Notes under the pieces: generated by a model
Seen by the model: only the letters and a program-made list of their open reading frames with translations
The model's database searches: none
What the model was told of the DNA's origin: nothing
Part shown: piece after piece, positions 24,337 through 25,058 of the stretch
How the letters are laid out: every line of letters begins with the position of its first letter
How positions within the stretch are numbered: position 1 is the first letter of the stretch
Position numbers and translations under genes: made by a program
Virus record (IMG/VR): IMGVR_UViG_2698536646_000002
Strand: one strand, 5' to 3'
Length of the DNA: 25,058 bases
Source of the DNA: a virus
Taxonomy: Duplodnaviria; Heunggongvirae; Uroviricota; Caudoviricetes

Positions 24337-24968
24337 GTACATAAACGTACAAAATGTGATGAAAGTAGAGTGGCGTAAGCCACTATATTAAGATATGACA
24401 ATAGCGAAGAAAAGTAAATAACATTTTATGGACGTTTAATTGTTAATTATAAAAACTAGAGTGCCCGATATTGTTTATCTTGCTTTAAAATAATGTACTC
24501 AAACCAAATTTTTGAGCTAAAAGCTCAAATAATATAAATGCAATAATAATGTTTAATAAGACAATTAGCTTGCTTTGTATTTTCATTTCGGAATACTGTT
24601 AAGTAACTTTGATGACCCTAACAATAGATCGGAATTTTCTTAGAGTCAATGGTCACTGTTTTTGCTTGCAAAGCAAATGTTTTGGTGGTTATAAGTCGTC
24701 TTAATATAGTCACGCATGCAACTTGTTCCATGCGGAGATTAAAGATTGGAATATAACGCGAAGATGGAATTAAATTACATTTGCAATAATTAATTTATTA
24801 TTACTCAATAATTACCGATATTATTATTGTAAATTAATCATTAGAATGCAAAAAGAAATGTAACGGCAAAATAAGAGGACGATAGCTGAGAAAAAAGCGT
24901 GCTTTCCCAATCTGGGGCAAATCACGTCTGAATGACACCTGAAAACAGGTGGTAGCCTCAAGAAGGCT

Positions 24969-25058
24969 GGTGATGCTGCCAACTTACTGATTTAGTGTAT
25001 GATGGTGTTTTTGAGGTGCTCCAGTGGCTTCTGTTTCTATCAGCTGTCCCTCCTGTTC
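24969..25058 (+). mobile_element. IS1 insertion sequence, left end (partial; continues beyond window)
   Basis: GGTGATGCTGCCAACTTACTGATTTAGTGTATGATGGTGTTTTTGAGGTGCTCCAGTGGCTTCTGTTTCTATCAGCTGTCCCTCCTGTTC is the IS1 terminal inverted repeat and insA leader/5' end as I recall it. Confidence 0.9.
25024..25058 (+). CDS. insA: IS1 InsA (transposition repressor), 5' fragment truncated by window end
   Basis: GTG GCT TCT GTT TCT ATC AGC TGT CCC TCC TGT translates to (M)ASVSISCPSC, the InsA N-terminus. Confidence 0.8.
   Translation, partial: MASVSISCPSC

Noticed and set aside
24317-24391. 24-aa plus-strand micro-ORF (MKELHGEYINVQNVMKVEWRKPLY) in the AT-rich region
   Set aside because: Its start lies inside the stem of the candidate terminator hairpin, there is no SD, and it has no distinctive composition. 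Most likely chance.

Overview
This window is the late (morphogenetic) arm of a lambda-like prophage, most likely from Escherichia or Shigella, and it is largely ordinary. From memory of phage lambda, the gene order and protein sequences match lambda's left arm almost residue for residue: cos, Nu1, A, W, B, C/Nu3, D, E, FI, FII, Z, U, V, G/G-T, H, M, L, K, I, J, lom, stf, tfa, all on the + strand. Upstream of cos lie two small minus-strand genes, one of them AT-rich. Downstream of tfa is an AT-rich stretch of about 750 bp with no ORF of 60 aa or more, cut off by the left end of an IS1 element that runs off the window. Three N-runs (3392-3539, 15070-15083, 18913-18933) interrupt A, L and J and mark this as a draft assembly; the first is followed by an 89-bp duplicated segment that looks like an assembly artefact. 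I do not see a convincing novel multi-gene system. The points most worth a second look are the AT-rich remnant next to IS1, a cohesive-end sequence that differs from lambda's at 6 of 12 positions, a J tip domain unlike lambda's, and an apparent 3' frameshift in lom. All homology statements come from recall and reading the ORF translations; no database search was run.
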